Source: Oscillospiraceae bacterium
Lineage (GTDB): Bacteria; Bacillota; Clostridia; Oscillospirales; Oscillospiraceae
Assembly (NCBI GenBank): GCA_017458335.1
Contig: JAFTFT010000008.1
Span: 385 to 64,384, forward strand
Direction: 5' to 3'
DNA length: 64,000 bases
The translations under genes were made by a program, and so were the position numbers. Shown here piece by piece: positions 18,589 through 27,266 of the stretch. The notes under the pieces are model-generated. The model saw only the letters and a program-made list of their open reading frames with translations, searched no databases and was not told where the DNA came from. Positions within the stretch are counted from its first letter, which is position 1; every line of letters starts with the position of its first letter.

Positions 18589-19971
18589 TCAGAGCTTCTC
18601 GATGGAGTAGCGGACCTTTTTCTCCTCGGCTTCCTTGCGCTGGGCGAAGAACTTCTCGGCAACCTGCGGGAAGGCAATGTAGCTCAGGACATCCTCTTCG
18701 CAGCGGGCGGTATCACCGAGTTCCGCCGCCGCCTTTTCATAGACATCGGTGGGAAGGGTATCGGCATAGCGGCCGGTGAGGGGCTCTTCGCCGTTGAGGA
18801 TCTTGGCGCGGATCTCGGGATCAATGGGAGCCGGGGTTCTGCCGTATTCACCGCGGCAGTAGGCCTTGATCTCGGCGCCGACGTTCTTATAGCGCTCGCC
18901 GGCCAGGACGTTCTGTACGGCCTGGGTGCCGACCAGCTGGCTGGTCGGGGTGACCAGCGGGGGATAGCCCATGTCCTTGCGGACCCGCGGGGTCTCGAGA
19001 AGCGCTTCGTCAAACTTGTCGAGAGCATTCAGACTCTTCAGCTGGCTGAGCAGGTTGGAGAGCATGCCGCCGGGAATCTGATAGGTCAGGCACTGGGTGT
19101 CGGTGGCCATGGAGATCGGATTCAGCGTGCCCTTCTCCAGGAACTCGGCACGGATGGGCTTGAAGTAGTTGGACATCTTGAGAAGCTTGTCGTCGTCCAG
19201 ATCGACCTCGTAACCGAACTCACGCAGCGCGTAAGCGAGGGTCTCGGTGGCGGGCTGGCTGGTACCGCCGGAGAACGGGGAGATGGCGGTGTCGAGAACA
19301 TCGCAGCCGGCTTCCACGGCCTTGAGGCAGGTCATGAACGCAAGGCCGGCGGTGCAGTGAGTGTGCAGGATGACCGGGAGGTCAACCGCGTCCTTGATGG
19401 CAGAGACCAGGTCGTAGGCGGCCTTCGGGGTGCAGATTCCGGCCATGTCCTTGATGCAGATGGTGGAAACGCCCATCTGCTTGAGCTCTTTGACCATCTC
19501 GACATACTTTTCCAGGGTGTGGACCGGACTCGTGGTGTAGGAAATGGCGCCGGAAGCGATGGCACCCTGCTTCACGGTCTCGTCGATGGCAACCTTCAGG
19601 TTGTCGACATCGTTCAGCGCGTCAAAAATACGGATAATGTCGATGCCGTTGCGAACGGCGGCACGGACAAAACGACGCACGATGTCATCGCTGTAGTGCT
19701 TGTAGCCCAGAATATTCTGCCCGCGAAGGAGCATCTGGAGCTTGGTGTTGGGCATCTTTGCCCGGATCTTCCGAAGCCGTTCCCAGGGGTCTTCGTTCAG
19801 AAAGCGAAGGCAGACGTCAAAGGTAGCGCCGCCCCAGCATTCTGCGGAATAGAAACCCGCCTGATCGATCGTCGGGAGAATGTCCTCAAACTGATCGTAG
19901 GCCATACGCGTCGCGATCAGAGACTGACCCGCGTCGCGCAGCACGGTTTCGGTAAATTGAACTTTCTTCAT
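18589..19971 (-). CDS. oadA: Oxaloacetate decarboxylase alpha subunit, carboxyltransferase (5S/PYC_OADA) domain only
   Basis: 460 aa. The N-terminus FTETVLRDAGQSLIATRMAYDQFEDILPTIDQAGFYSAECWGGATFD is the HMGL-like TIM-barrel signature of OadA/PycB. There is no fused biotinyl domain. Confidence 0.9.
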   Translation of the reverse strand: MKKVQFTETVLRDAGQSLIATRMAYDQFEDILPTIDQAGFYSAECWGGATFDVCLRFLNEDPWERLRKIRAKMPNTKLQMLLRGQNILGYKHYSDDIVRRFVRAAVRNGIDIIRIFDALNDVDNLKVAIDETVKQGAIASGAISYTTSPVHTLEKYVEMVKELKQMGVSTICIKDMAGICTPKAAYDLVSAIKDAVDLPVILHTHCTAGLAFMTCLKAVEAGCDVLDTAISPFSGGTSQPATETLAYALREFGYEVDLDDDKLLKMSNYFKPIRAEFLEKGTLNPISMATDTQCLTYQIPGGMLSNLLSQLKSLNALDKFDEALLETPRVRKDMGYPPLVTPTSQLVGTQAVQNVLAGERYKNVGAEIKAYCRGEYGRTPAPIDPEIRAKILNGEEPLTGRYADTLPTDVYEKAAAELGDTARCEEDVLSYIAFPQVAEKFFAQRKEAEEKKVRYSIEKL

Positions 19972-20056
19972 CCGTTTTCCTCCTGCCGGTTTTTATGATT
20001 TATTTAGAATTTACAGGAAGCGGGGGAAGAATCCCCCGCTTGTGCGTACCAGTTGA

Positions 20057-21670
20057 TCAGAGCTGCGGACCGGCGGAAACCAGAGCCTTGCCGGCTTCGT
20101 TGCTCTCGTACTTGACAAAGTTCTTGATGAAGCGGCCGGCGAGGTCCTTCGCCTTGGCGTCCCACTCGGCGGGATCGGCATAGGTGTCGCGCGGATCAAG
20201 AATGCCGGTGTCGACGCCCTTGAGCTGGGTGGGAACTTCAAAGTTGAAGTAAGGAATCTTCTTGGTGGGAGCACCCAGAATATCGCCGTCCAGGATGGCG
20301 TCGATGATGCCGCGGGTGTCCTTGATGGAGATGCGCTTGCCGGTGCCGTTCCAGCCGGTGTTGACCAGATAGGCCTTGGCGCCGGACTTCTCCATCTTCT
20401 TCACGAGCTCTTCGGCATACTTGGTCGGATGCAGCTCGAGGAAGGCCTGGCCGAAGCAGGCGGAGAAGGTCGGGGTCGGCTCGGTGATGCCGCGCTCGGT
20501 TCCGGCGAGCTTGGCGGTGAAGCCGGAGAGGAAGTAGTACTTCGTCTGTTCAGGCGTCAGGATGGAGACCGGGGGCAGCACGCCGAACGCGTCGGCGGAG
20601 AGGAAGATGACATTCTTGGCATCCGGGCCGGAAGAGATCGGGCGGACGTTCTTGACGATCTTCTCAATGTGCTCAATGGGATAGGATACACGGGTGTTCT
20701 CGGTCACGCTCTTGTCGGCAAAGTCGATCTTGCCCTCGGCATCGACCGTGACGTTCTCCAGCAGCGCGTCGCGGCGGATGGCGTTATAGATGTCGGGCTC
20801 GGAATCCTTGTCGAGGTTGATGACCTTGGCATAGCAGCCGCCTTCGAAGTTGAAGACGCCGTTGTCGTCCCAGCCGTGCTCGTCGTCACCGATGAGCAGA
20901 CGCTTCGGATCGGTGGAAAGGGTGGTCTTGCCGGTGCCGGACAGACCGAAGAAGATGGCGGTGTTCTCGCCGTTCATATCGGTGTTGGCGGAGCAGTGCA
21001 TCGCGGCAATGCCCTTGAGCGGCAGGTAGTAATTCATCATGGAGAACATGCCCTTCTTCATCTCGCCGCCGTACCAGGTGTTGATGATGACCTGCTCACG
21101 GCTGGTGACGTTGAAGGCGACGACGGTCTCGGAGTTGAGGCCGAGTTCCTTATAGTTCTCGCACTTGGCCTTGGATGCGGTGTAGACGACGAAGTCGGGC
21201 TCAAAGGAAGCGAGCTCTTCTTCGGTCGGCTTGATGAACATGTTGCGCACGAAGTGGGCCTGCCATGCGACTTCCATGATGAAACGGATGGCCATGCGGG
21301 TGTCCTTGTTGGCACCGCAGAAGGCATCGACGACGTAGAGCTTCTTGTTGCAGAGCTGGTTCTTCGCAAGGTCTCTGACAACTTCCCAGGTCTCCTGTGT
21401 CATGGGATGGTTGTCGTTCTTGTAACCCTCGGTGGTCCACCACACGGTGTCCCTGGAGTTCTCATCCACAACGATGTATTTGTCCTTGGGGGAACGGCCG
21501 GTGTAGATGCCGGTCATGACGTTGACTGCGCCAAGCTCGGTCAGAACACCCTTGTCGAAGCCCTCGAGAGAGGGATCCATCTCATCCTTGAACAGCTGCT
21601 CGTAGCTGGGATTGTAGATAATCTCAGTCGTGCCGGTAATGCCATATTTGGCCAGATCGATGTTTGCCAT
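20057..21670 (-). CDS. pckA: Phosphoenolpyruvate carboxykinase (ATP)
   Basis: The start was set at [13 protein letters not shown], with an AGGAGGTTG RBS. It carries [10 protein letters not shown] and the kinase-1a loop [11 protein letters not shown]. Confidence 0.95.
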   Translation of the reverse strand: MANIDLAKYGITGTTEIIYNPSYEQLFKDEMDPSLEGFDKGVLTELGAVNVMTGIYTGRSPKDKYIVVDENSRDTVWWTTEGYKNDNHPMTQETWEVVRDLAKNQLCNKKLYVVDAFCGANKDTRMAIRFIMEVAWQAHFVRNMFIKPTEEELASFEPDFVVYTASKAKCENYKELGLNSETVVAFNVTSREQVIINTWYGGEMKKGMFSMMNYYLPLKGIAAMHCSANTDMNGENTAIFFGLSGTGKTTLSTDPKRLLIGDDEHGWDDNGVFNFEGGCYAKVINLDKDSEPDIYNAIRRDALLENVTVDAEGKIDFADKSVTENTRVSYPIEHIEKIVKNVRPISSGPDAKNVIFLSADAFGVLPPVSILTPEQTKYYFLSGFTAKLAGTERGITEPTPTFSACFGQAFLELHPTKYAEELVKKMEKSGAKAYLVNTGWNGTGKRISIKDTRGIIDAILDGDILGAPTKKIPYFNFEVPTQLKGVDTGILDPRDTYADPAEWDAKAKDLAGRFIKNFVKYESNEAGKALVSAGPQL

Positions 21671-21812
21671 AGAATAATACAACCTCCTAAAAAGATTTGA
21701 CAATAATATACCACAATTCCTGCCTTTCCGTCAATGAAAGAGCGGTCAAGATCTTGTGGTCAGAACGCCGAAATTTCGTTAAAAAAACGTCCATTTTGTG
21801 CCGGGCTTCTGG

Positions 21813-22532
21813 TCAAAATCGCTGTGGCTTCCGATACTCCTTCGGTAGAACCCCGTAGCGGCTCTTGAAGGCGGCGGTAAACTTGCTCTGGCTGTCATAT
21901 CCGACCCGGGCGGCGATCTCGGCGATGGTGAGACCGGTGCCGGAGAGAAGCTCCGCGGCACGCTCCATCCGATGCTCCTTCATATGGAAAGCGAGAGAAT
22001 TCCCGTACACGGATTTGAAGACGGACTTGAGTGTGGTGGGATTCATATGAAACTGCCTGGAGAGCGCGTCGATGGTGATCTTCTCGTCGAGATGCTGAAG
22101 CAGGTATTCATGAACCTCGTGGATGAGCTCAACCTGATCGGCGCGGCAGTCGGACAGGAGAATGGCCTCCTCCGGGCAGGTGATGCTCATGGTCTGCTCG
22201 ATCATGTGATGCAGCAGCTGGACAACCTCGCCGTCGTCGGCCCGGTAGAAGACCTCCTTCCCCTCACGGCGGCTGACGATGAGGCCGCTGTCGCGCAGGG
22301 AGCGGAGATGGTGCGACACCGCGGGGCTGGACATGTCCAGCATGGCGGCGATGTTGATGACGCATTCCTCACAGTGGCAGAGCATCCAGAAAATGCGGAG
22401 ACGGGTGGGATCACTGAGCTGGGCGAAGAGTTCCGCGACTACGCCGAATTCCCTGACGCTGCGAAGCGCCGGAACCAGAAACAGGCTGTCATGATGGTCG
22501 GGGTGGCGGTGGGGCAAAACGGAGTCAGACAT
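21813..22532 (-). CDS. Fusion transcriptional regulator: N-terminal ArsR/SmtB metal-sensor wHTH plus C-terminal AraC-type HTH
   Basis: The start was set at MSDSVLPHRHPDHH, with an AAAGGAGG RBS. The ArsR core is LSDPTRLRIFWMLCHCEECVINIAAMLDMSSPAVSHHLRSLRDSGLI. The AraC tail is TIAEIAARVGYDSQSKFTAAFKSRYGVLPKEYR. Confidence 0.8.
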   Translation of the reverse strand: MSDSVLPHRHPDHHDSLFLVPALRSVREFGVVAELFAQLSDPTRLRIFWMLCHCEECVINIAAMLDMSSPAVSHHLRSLRDSGLIVSRREGKEVFYRADDGEVVQLLHHMIEQTMSITCPEEAILLSDCRADQVELIHEVHEYLLQHLDEKITIDALSRQFHMNPTTLKSVFKSVYGNSLAFHMKEHRMERAAELLSGTGLTIAEIAARVGYDSQSKFTAAFKSRYGVLPKEYRKPQRF

Positions 22533-22689
22533 GAAAAGACCTCCTTTGGTCCGTTTGGCAGCATTTTTCTCCCGAACGGCAGAAAGCAGGGGAGAAGACT
22601 TGATTTTTCGAACCCGGGCCAGTATACTGCAGACACAACAAATAAACAAGTGCTTAATTGTTGAAACTATGAGACGGAGGGCCCCTGCA

Positions 22690-22908
22690 ATGAAAAAGAC
22701 TTACAAGATCGAAGTGGACTGCGCCAACTGTGCCAACCTTATGGAGGAGACGACCCGGAAGGTTCCCGGGGTGGCAACGGCCGTGGTGAACTTTATGACA
22801 CAGAAGATGACTGTGGAGTTTGAAGAAGGGGCGGATCCGAAAACGGTGATGAAGGAAGTCCTGAAAGCCTGCCGGAAGGTGGAGCCCGACTGCGAGATCG
22901 AACTGTAA
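22690..22908 (+). CDS. Stand-alone heavy-metal-associated (HMA) domain metallochaperone
   Basis: 72 aa. It starts at MKKTYKIEVDCANCA, which carries the CxxC metal site, and has the ferredoxin-like HMA pattern. It is divergent from the ArsR-AraC gene and upstream of the P-type ATPase. Confidence 0.8.
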   Translation: MKKTYKIEVDCANCANLMEETTRKVPGVATAVVNFMTQKMTVEFEEGADPKTVMKEVLKACRKVEPDCEIEL

Positions 22909-22921
22909 GCGAGACTCTCCC

Positions 22922-22956
22922 ACGCCCTGTCCTCCGGATCAGGGCGTTTTGTTTTG
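22922..22956 (+). terminator. Intra-operon terminator/attenuator between the HMA gene and the ATPase gene
   Basis: ACGCCCTG-TCCTCCGGAT-CAGGGCGT plus TTTTGTTTT, 13 nt after the HMA stop and 47 nt before the ATPase ATG. Confidence 0.5.
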
Positions 22957-23002
22957 AACGAAAGAAGCGCGCAGAAGAAAAAGAAACGGACGGAATACGG
23001 AT

Positions 23003-24892
23003 ATGTCAAAGAAACAGAAGAAAATGCTGATCAGGATTCTCATTGCCGCCGCGCTGATGATCCTGCTGAATGTGCTGAAGCTGCCGAAGGCGGTCTCGGC
23101 AGGCCTCTATCTCGTGTGCTATCTGGTGATCGGCTATGATATCCTTCGAAAGGCCTGGAGGGGAATCCTGAACAAAAGACCGTTTGACGAGTGCTTCCTC
23201 ATGGCGGTGGCCACGCTGGGGGCGATCGGCCTGGCTCTGTACGAGAAGAGCGGAGATTACAACGAAGCGGTAGCCGTCATGCTCTTCTACCAGATCGGGG
23301 AGTTCTTCCAGAGCTATGCCGTGGGGAAGAGCCGCCGGAACATCGCGGAACTGATGGATATCCGCCCGGATTATGCCAACGTTGAAACGGACGGTGTGCT
23401 CACACAGGTGGATCCGGACGAGGTGGAGATCGGTACCGTGATCGTGATTCAGCCGGGAGAGAAAGTCCCCATCGACGGCGTGATCGTGGAGGGAAGCTCA
23501 ACGCTGAACACTAGCGCCCTGACAGGAGAGAGCGCTCCGCGGGAGTGCCGGGAGGGGGATGAGATCATCAGCGGCTGCATCAATCTGAGCGGTCTGTTGA
23601 AGGTCCGAACCACGAAGGAATTCGGCGAATCCACCGTGTCGAAGATTCTGGAGCTGGTGGAAAACGCAAGCTCAAGAAAGTCGCGCTCGGAGGAGTTCAT
23701 CTCCCGCTTTGCCAGGGTCTATACCCCAGCGGTGGTGTACAGCGCACTGGCCCTTGCGATTCTCCCGCCGCTGGTGCGGGGACTGATTCTGCAGCTGCCC
23801 GCGGAGTGGAACATCTGGCTGTACCGCGCACTGACCTTCCTTGTCATCAGCTGCCCCTGCGCGCTGGTGATCAGCATCCCCCTGAGCTTCTTTGCGGGGA
23901 TCGGCGGCGCAAGCCACGAGGGTGTCCTGATCAAAGGCTCGAATTACCTGGAGACCCTGTCTCAGGTCAGAACGATGGTGTTCGACAAGACCGGAACACT
24001 GACGCAGGGGGTGTTTGAGGTCAGCGGTGTCCATCACAGCCCGATGGAGGACGAGAAGCTGCTGGAATACGCGGCACTGGTGGAGTGCGCGTCTTCACAC
24101 CCGATCAGCAGGAGCCTGCAGCGGGCTTACGGCAAGGAGATCGACCGCAGCCGCGTCACCGGGATTGAGGAGATCAGCGGAGAGGGAATCATCGGGAACG
24201 TCGACGGCCATCGTGTCGCCGCGGGAAACGACAAGCTGATGCATCGCCTGAAACTGGACTATCGGGAATGCCGAAGCGTCGGAACCATCATCCATATGGC
24301 GGTGGACGGCGCTTATGCGGGACATATCGTGATCTCGGACCTGGAGAAGCCGAATGTGAAACAGGCGATCAAAGCGCTGCGGGATGCGGGCGTTCGCCGG
24401 CTCGTGATGCTGACCGGAGACGGGGAAAAGGTTGCCGCCCATGTGGCGAAGGATCTCGGCCTTGATGAATATCACGCCGAGCTGCTGCCGGGAGACAAGG
24501 TCAGCCTGGTGGAGAAGCTGCTGCAGGAAAACGGAAACGGGCGCGAAAAGCTTGCCTTTGTCGGGGACGGAATCAACGACGCACCGGTGCTCTCGCGGGC
24601 GGATATCGGCATCGCCATGGGGGCAATGGGCTCGGACGCCGCCATCGAAGCGGCAGACATCGTCCTGATGGACGACGACCCGATGAAAATCGCGAAGGGA
24701 ATCCGGATCTCCCGCAAGTGCATCCGCATCGTCTATGAGAACATTGTGTTTGCCCTGACGGTCAAGTTTGCCTGCCTGATCCTGGGCGCGCTGGGTATCG
24801 CGAACATGTGGGCGGCGATCTTCGCGGATGTCGGGGTCATGGTGATCGCGGTGCTCAACGCGATCCGGGCGCTGCGGGTGAAGAACCTCTGA
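23003..24892 (+). CDS. Heavy-metal-translocating P1B-type ATPase (Cd2+/Zn2+-type), lacking an N-terminal HMA domain
   Basis: 629 aa. It has TGES, the transmembrane motif SCPCALVISIP, the phosphorylation site DKTGTLT, and MLTGD and GDGINDAP. Confidence 0.92.
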   Translation: MSKKQKKMLIRILIAAALMILLNVLKLPKAVSAGLYLVCYLVIGYDILRKAWRGILNKRPFDECFLMAVATLGAIGLALYEKSGDYNEAVAVMLFYQIGEFFQSYAVGKSRRNIAELMDIRPDYANVETDGVLTQVDPDEVEIGTVIVIQPGEKVPIDGVIVEGSSTLNTSALTGESAPRECREGDEIISGCINLSGLLKVRTTKEFGESTVSKILELVENASSRKSRSEEFISRFARVYTPAVVYSALALAILPPLVRGLILQLPAEWNIWLYRALTFLVISCPCALVISIPLSFFAGIGGASHEGVLIKGSNYLETLSQVRTMVFDKTGTLTQGVFEVSGVHHSPMEDEKLLEYAALVECASSHPISRSLQRAYGKEIDRSRVTGIEEISGEGIIGNVDGHRVAAGNDKLMHRLKLDYRECRSVGTIIHMAVDGAYAGHIVISDLEKPNVKQAIKALRDAGVRRLVMLTGDGEKVAAHVAKDLGLDEYHAELLPGDKVSLVEKLLQENGNGREKLAFVGDGINDAPVLSRADIGIAMGAMGSDAAIEAADIVLMDDDPMKIAKGIRISRKCIRIVYENIVFALTVKFACLILGALGIANMWAAIFADVGVMVIAVLNAIRALRVKNL

Positions 24893-25006
24893 CAGAGCGG
24901 CACGGCAGAATGTCAGCGAACCTGAGGCCGGACAGAAAAGACTGTTCAAGCGGAAAACGCTGTGGTATACTGAATCGTCATTTTCCTCGGGCGAAGGGGT
25001 GCTTTT

Positions 25007-25948
25007 TTGGAAAACTTTTTGCTTTCGGCCAACGCGGTTGTGCCGATGTTCCTGCTGCTGGCGGCCGGCTTCCTGTCACAGAAGGCGGGCGTGCTGTCAA
25101 GAGAGGACGTACCGCGCTTCAATAAGGTCGCGTTCCGGATCTTTCTCCCATGTCTGCTGTTTTATAATATCTATTGCTCGGACCTCAGTGCCGCCGTCAA
25201 GCCGGGATTGATCATTTATGCCGTGTGCGGAGTACTGCTGGTTTTTTCCGCCGCCTTTCTGTCGGTGCGGCGTCTGGTCCCGAGAGAGGACTGGAAAGGC
25301 GTGATCGCACAGGGAATCTTCCGAAGCAATTTCGTGATCATGGGGATCCCGATTGCGCAGGCGCTGGTCGGAGCAGATCAGCTGGGAGCGGTAACCGTGC
25401 TGATCGCGGTGGTGGTACCCCTGTTTAACTTCCTCTCCGTGTATGTGCTGGAACGATTCCGAGGGGGGAGCGTCCACTATGGGCAGGTTCTTCTCGAAGT
25501 GGCGAAGAACCCCCTGATCGTGAGCTCTTTGCTGGGAATCGCGTTTCAGCTGCTTGGGATCCGTCTGCCGAAGCTTCTGGAACAGACCGTCTCGAGCCTC
25601 TCCGTGATCGCAAGCCCGCTGCAGCTCTTCCTGCTGGGCGCCTTCTTCCGCTTTGACGGACTTGGACGTTACGTCAGACCGCTGGCCGCGGTTACGGCGG
25701 TCAAGCTCTTTGTGACGCCGGCGGTACTGCTCGGCACGGCGGCTTTCCTGGGAATCCGGGGAGGGGACTTTGTCGGGCTGATCGGGATCTTTGCCTCCCC
25801 GACAGCGGTCAATTCCTTTACCATGGTACAGCAGATGAACTGCGGGGACGCGGAACTGGCCGGGGACATCGTCGTCATGACTTCCGCGGTGAGCATCGTC
25901 AGCTTCTTCCTCTGGATTCTTATTTTCAAAAACCTTGGGGTGTTCTGA
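25007..25948 (+). CDS. AEC (auxin efflux carrier) family permease
   Basis: 313 aa, about 10 TM segments. The N-terminus NAVVPMFLLLAAGFL...FNKVAFRIFLPCLLF is typical of the AEC/membrane-transport family. Confidence 0.85.
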   Translation: MENFLLSANAVVPMFLLLAAGFLSQKAGVLSREDVPRFNKVAFRIFLPCLLFYNIYCSDLSAAVKPGLIIYAVCGVLLVFSAAFLSVRRLVPREDWKGVIAQGIFRSNFVIMGIPIAQALVGADQLGAVTVLIAVVVPLFNFLSVYVLERFRGGSVHYGQVLLEVAKNPLIVSSLLGIAFQLLGIRLPKLLEQTVSSLSVIASPLQLFLLGAFFRFDGLGRYVRPLAAVTAVKLFVTPAVLLGTAAFLGIRGGDFVGLIGIFASPTAVNSFTMVQQMNCGDAELAGDIVVMTSAVSIVSFFLWILIFKNLGVF

Positions 25949-26036
25949 TGCCCCGCTTCGGAGAAGCCTTCTTCCTGAAAACATCCGGCGGGATTCTTTG
26001 ACGCTGAGAAAGCCCGGAATCAGGATCGACAAGCGC

Positions 26037-26083
26037 ACAGGAGCCCTTCCCTGCGATGTGGGAAAGGCCCCTGTGTTTTTTTC
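26037..26083 (+). terminator. Rho-independent terminator after the AEC permease gene
   Basis: ACAGGAGCCCTTCCC-TGCGATGT-GGGAAAGGCCCCTGT followed by GTTTTTTT. Confidence 0.55.
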
Positions 26084-26141
26084 TGTCTGCCTGATTGTCG
26101 CGGGGTATAAGAAGCTGCGGGGAAAGATCCGCCGTAAGGTC

Positions 26142-27026
26142 TCAGCCGTTGAAGGAACGTACCCCCTCACGGGCTTCAAAGAACAGTGCCAGCGCACCGG
26201 GGCCGACGTGAGAACCGGTGACAGGCTCGTATTCAACGGTGAGAATCTCCTTCGGGGGATGGTTTTTCCTAAGAAGAGAGGCGAGATAGGCGGCGTCTTC
26301 CCGGCAGGCTGCCTGCGCGATCCCGACGATTTGCTTTTCGGGCTCCACCACCAGCTTGTCATAATACTCGGCCAGGGTTTCAATGGAGCGCTTTCTGCCG
26401 CGAACCTTGCTGAAAGCGACAATTTTCCCTTCCTCGTTTCCCTTGAGAAGAGGTTTGATCTGGAGAACCGTTCCGACAACGGCGGAGAGATTGGAGAGGC
26501 GGCCGCCGCGGCGCAGATGCATCAGATCGTCCACCGTAAAGACATTGAACATCCGCTCCACATGGTCATAGAGTTCCGCAATGGCGTCGGACGTGCTGCG
26601 GCCGAGCCTGCGCAGCCGGTCGGCATAGAGCGCGATGATGCCCTCACCGAGCGAGGCGCCGCGGGTATCAATAACCTCCACAATCCTGTCGGGATAGGCT
26701 TCCATCATCATCCGCGCGGCAATTTTGGCGGAGTTGCAGGAGCCGCTGATCCCGGAGGACATGCAAATGAAGATCACATCCCTGCCTTCCCGGAGCGCAG
26801 GCTCAAAAAAGTCCGCGTACTGCTGGGGAGGAATCTGGGAGGTGGTAACCTTCATTCCCTTTTTGATCCTGGCATAAAAATCCTCGGCGTCAAAATCCGG
26901 GTTCTTTACGGAATTGTATTCTTTCCCTTCAATGAAATAGGAAAAAGGAATCACCTGCAGGGAATAGTCAAAAATATACTGCGGCGGAAGATTGCCGGAG
27001 GTATCGGTCATGACAACAAAAGACAT
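26142..27026 (-). CDS. DegV-family fatty-acid-binding protein
   Basis: The start was set at MSFVVMTDTSGNLP, with an AAGGAG RBS. Both the N-terminal motif V(M)TDS/T..L and the length (about 294 aa) are typical of DegV. Confidence 0.9.
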   Translation of the reverse strand: MSFVVMTDTSGNLPPQYIFDYSLQVIPFSYFIEGKEYNSVKNPDFDAEDFYARIKKGMKVTTSQIPPQQYADFFEPALREGRDVIFICMSSGISGSCNSAKIAARMMMEAYPDRIVEVIDTRGASLGEGIIALYADRLRRLGRSTSDAIAELYDHVERMFNVFTVDDLMHLRRGGRLSNLSAVVGTVLQIKPLLKGNEEGKIVAFSKVRGRKRSIETLAEYYDKLVVEPEKQIVGIAQAACREDAAYLASLLRKNHPPKEILTVEYEPVTGSHVGPGALALFFEAREGVRSFNG

Positions 27027-27266
27027 CGTCAACACTCCTTTATCTGGTGCTGGAGACAGCATAATACAAAACGGGCAAAAAGGCAAGCTACCGTTTAAAA
27101 AAGCCCAAAAACAGGCAGTCTACTCTATGTAGAACCCAAAAAAACACGGACTCTCCTCAGAGTAGAGAGCGGGGGAGAGTGAAGATTTCCCTTGCAATTC
27201 TCACAGGGAATGGTAGAATAAAACCCGGATATGGATATGCGAAACACATTCGGAGAAGATCTTTCT

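Noticed and set aside
16598-19971. Interpreting the decarboxylase cluster as methylmalonyl-CoA decarboxylase, linked with the adjacent CoA-transferase as a propionate pathway
   Set aside because: The alpha subunit has the HMGL-like/PYC_OADA (5S) carboxyltransferase signature, not the acyl-CoA carboxylase beta-type fold of MmdA. It also follows pckA. Oxaloacetate is therefore the better-supported substrate.
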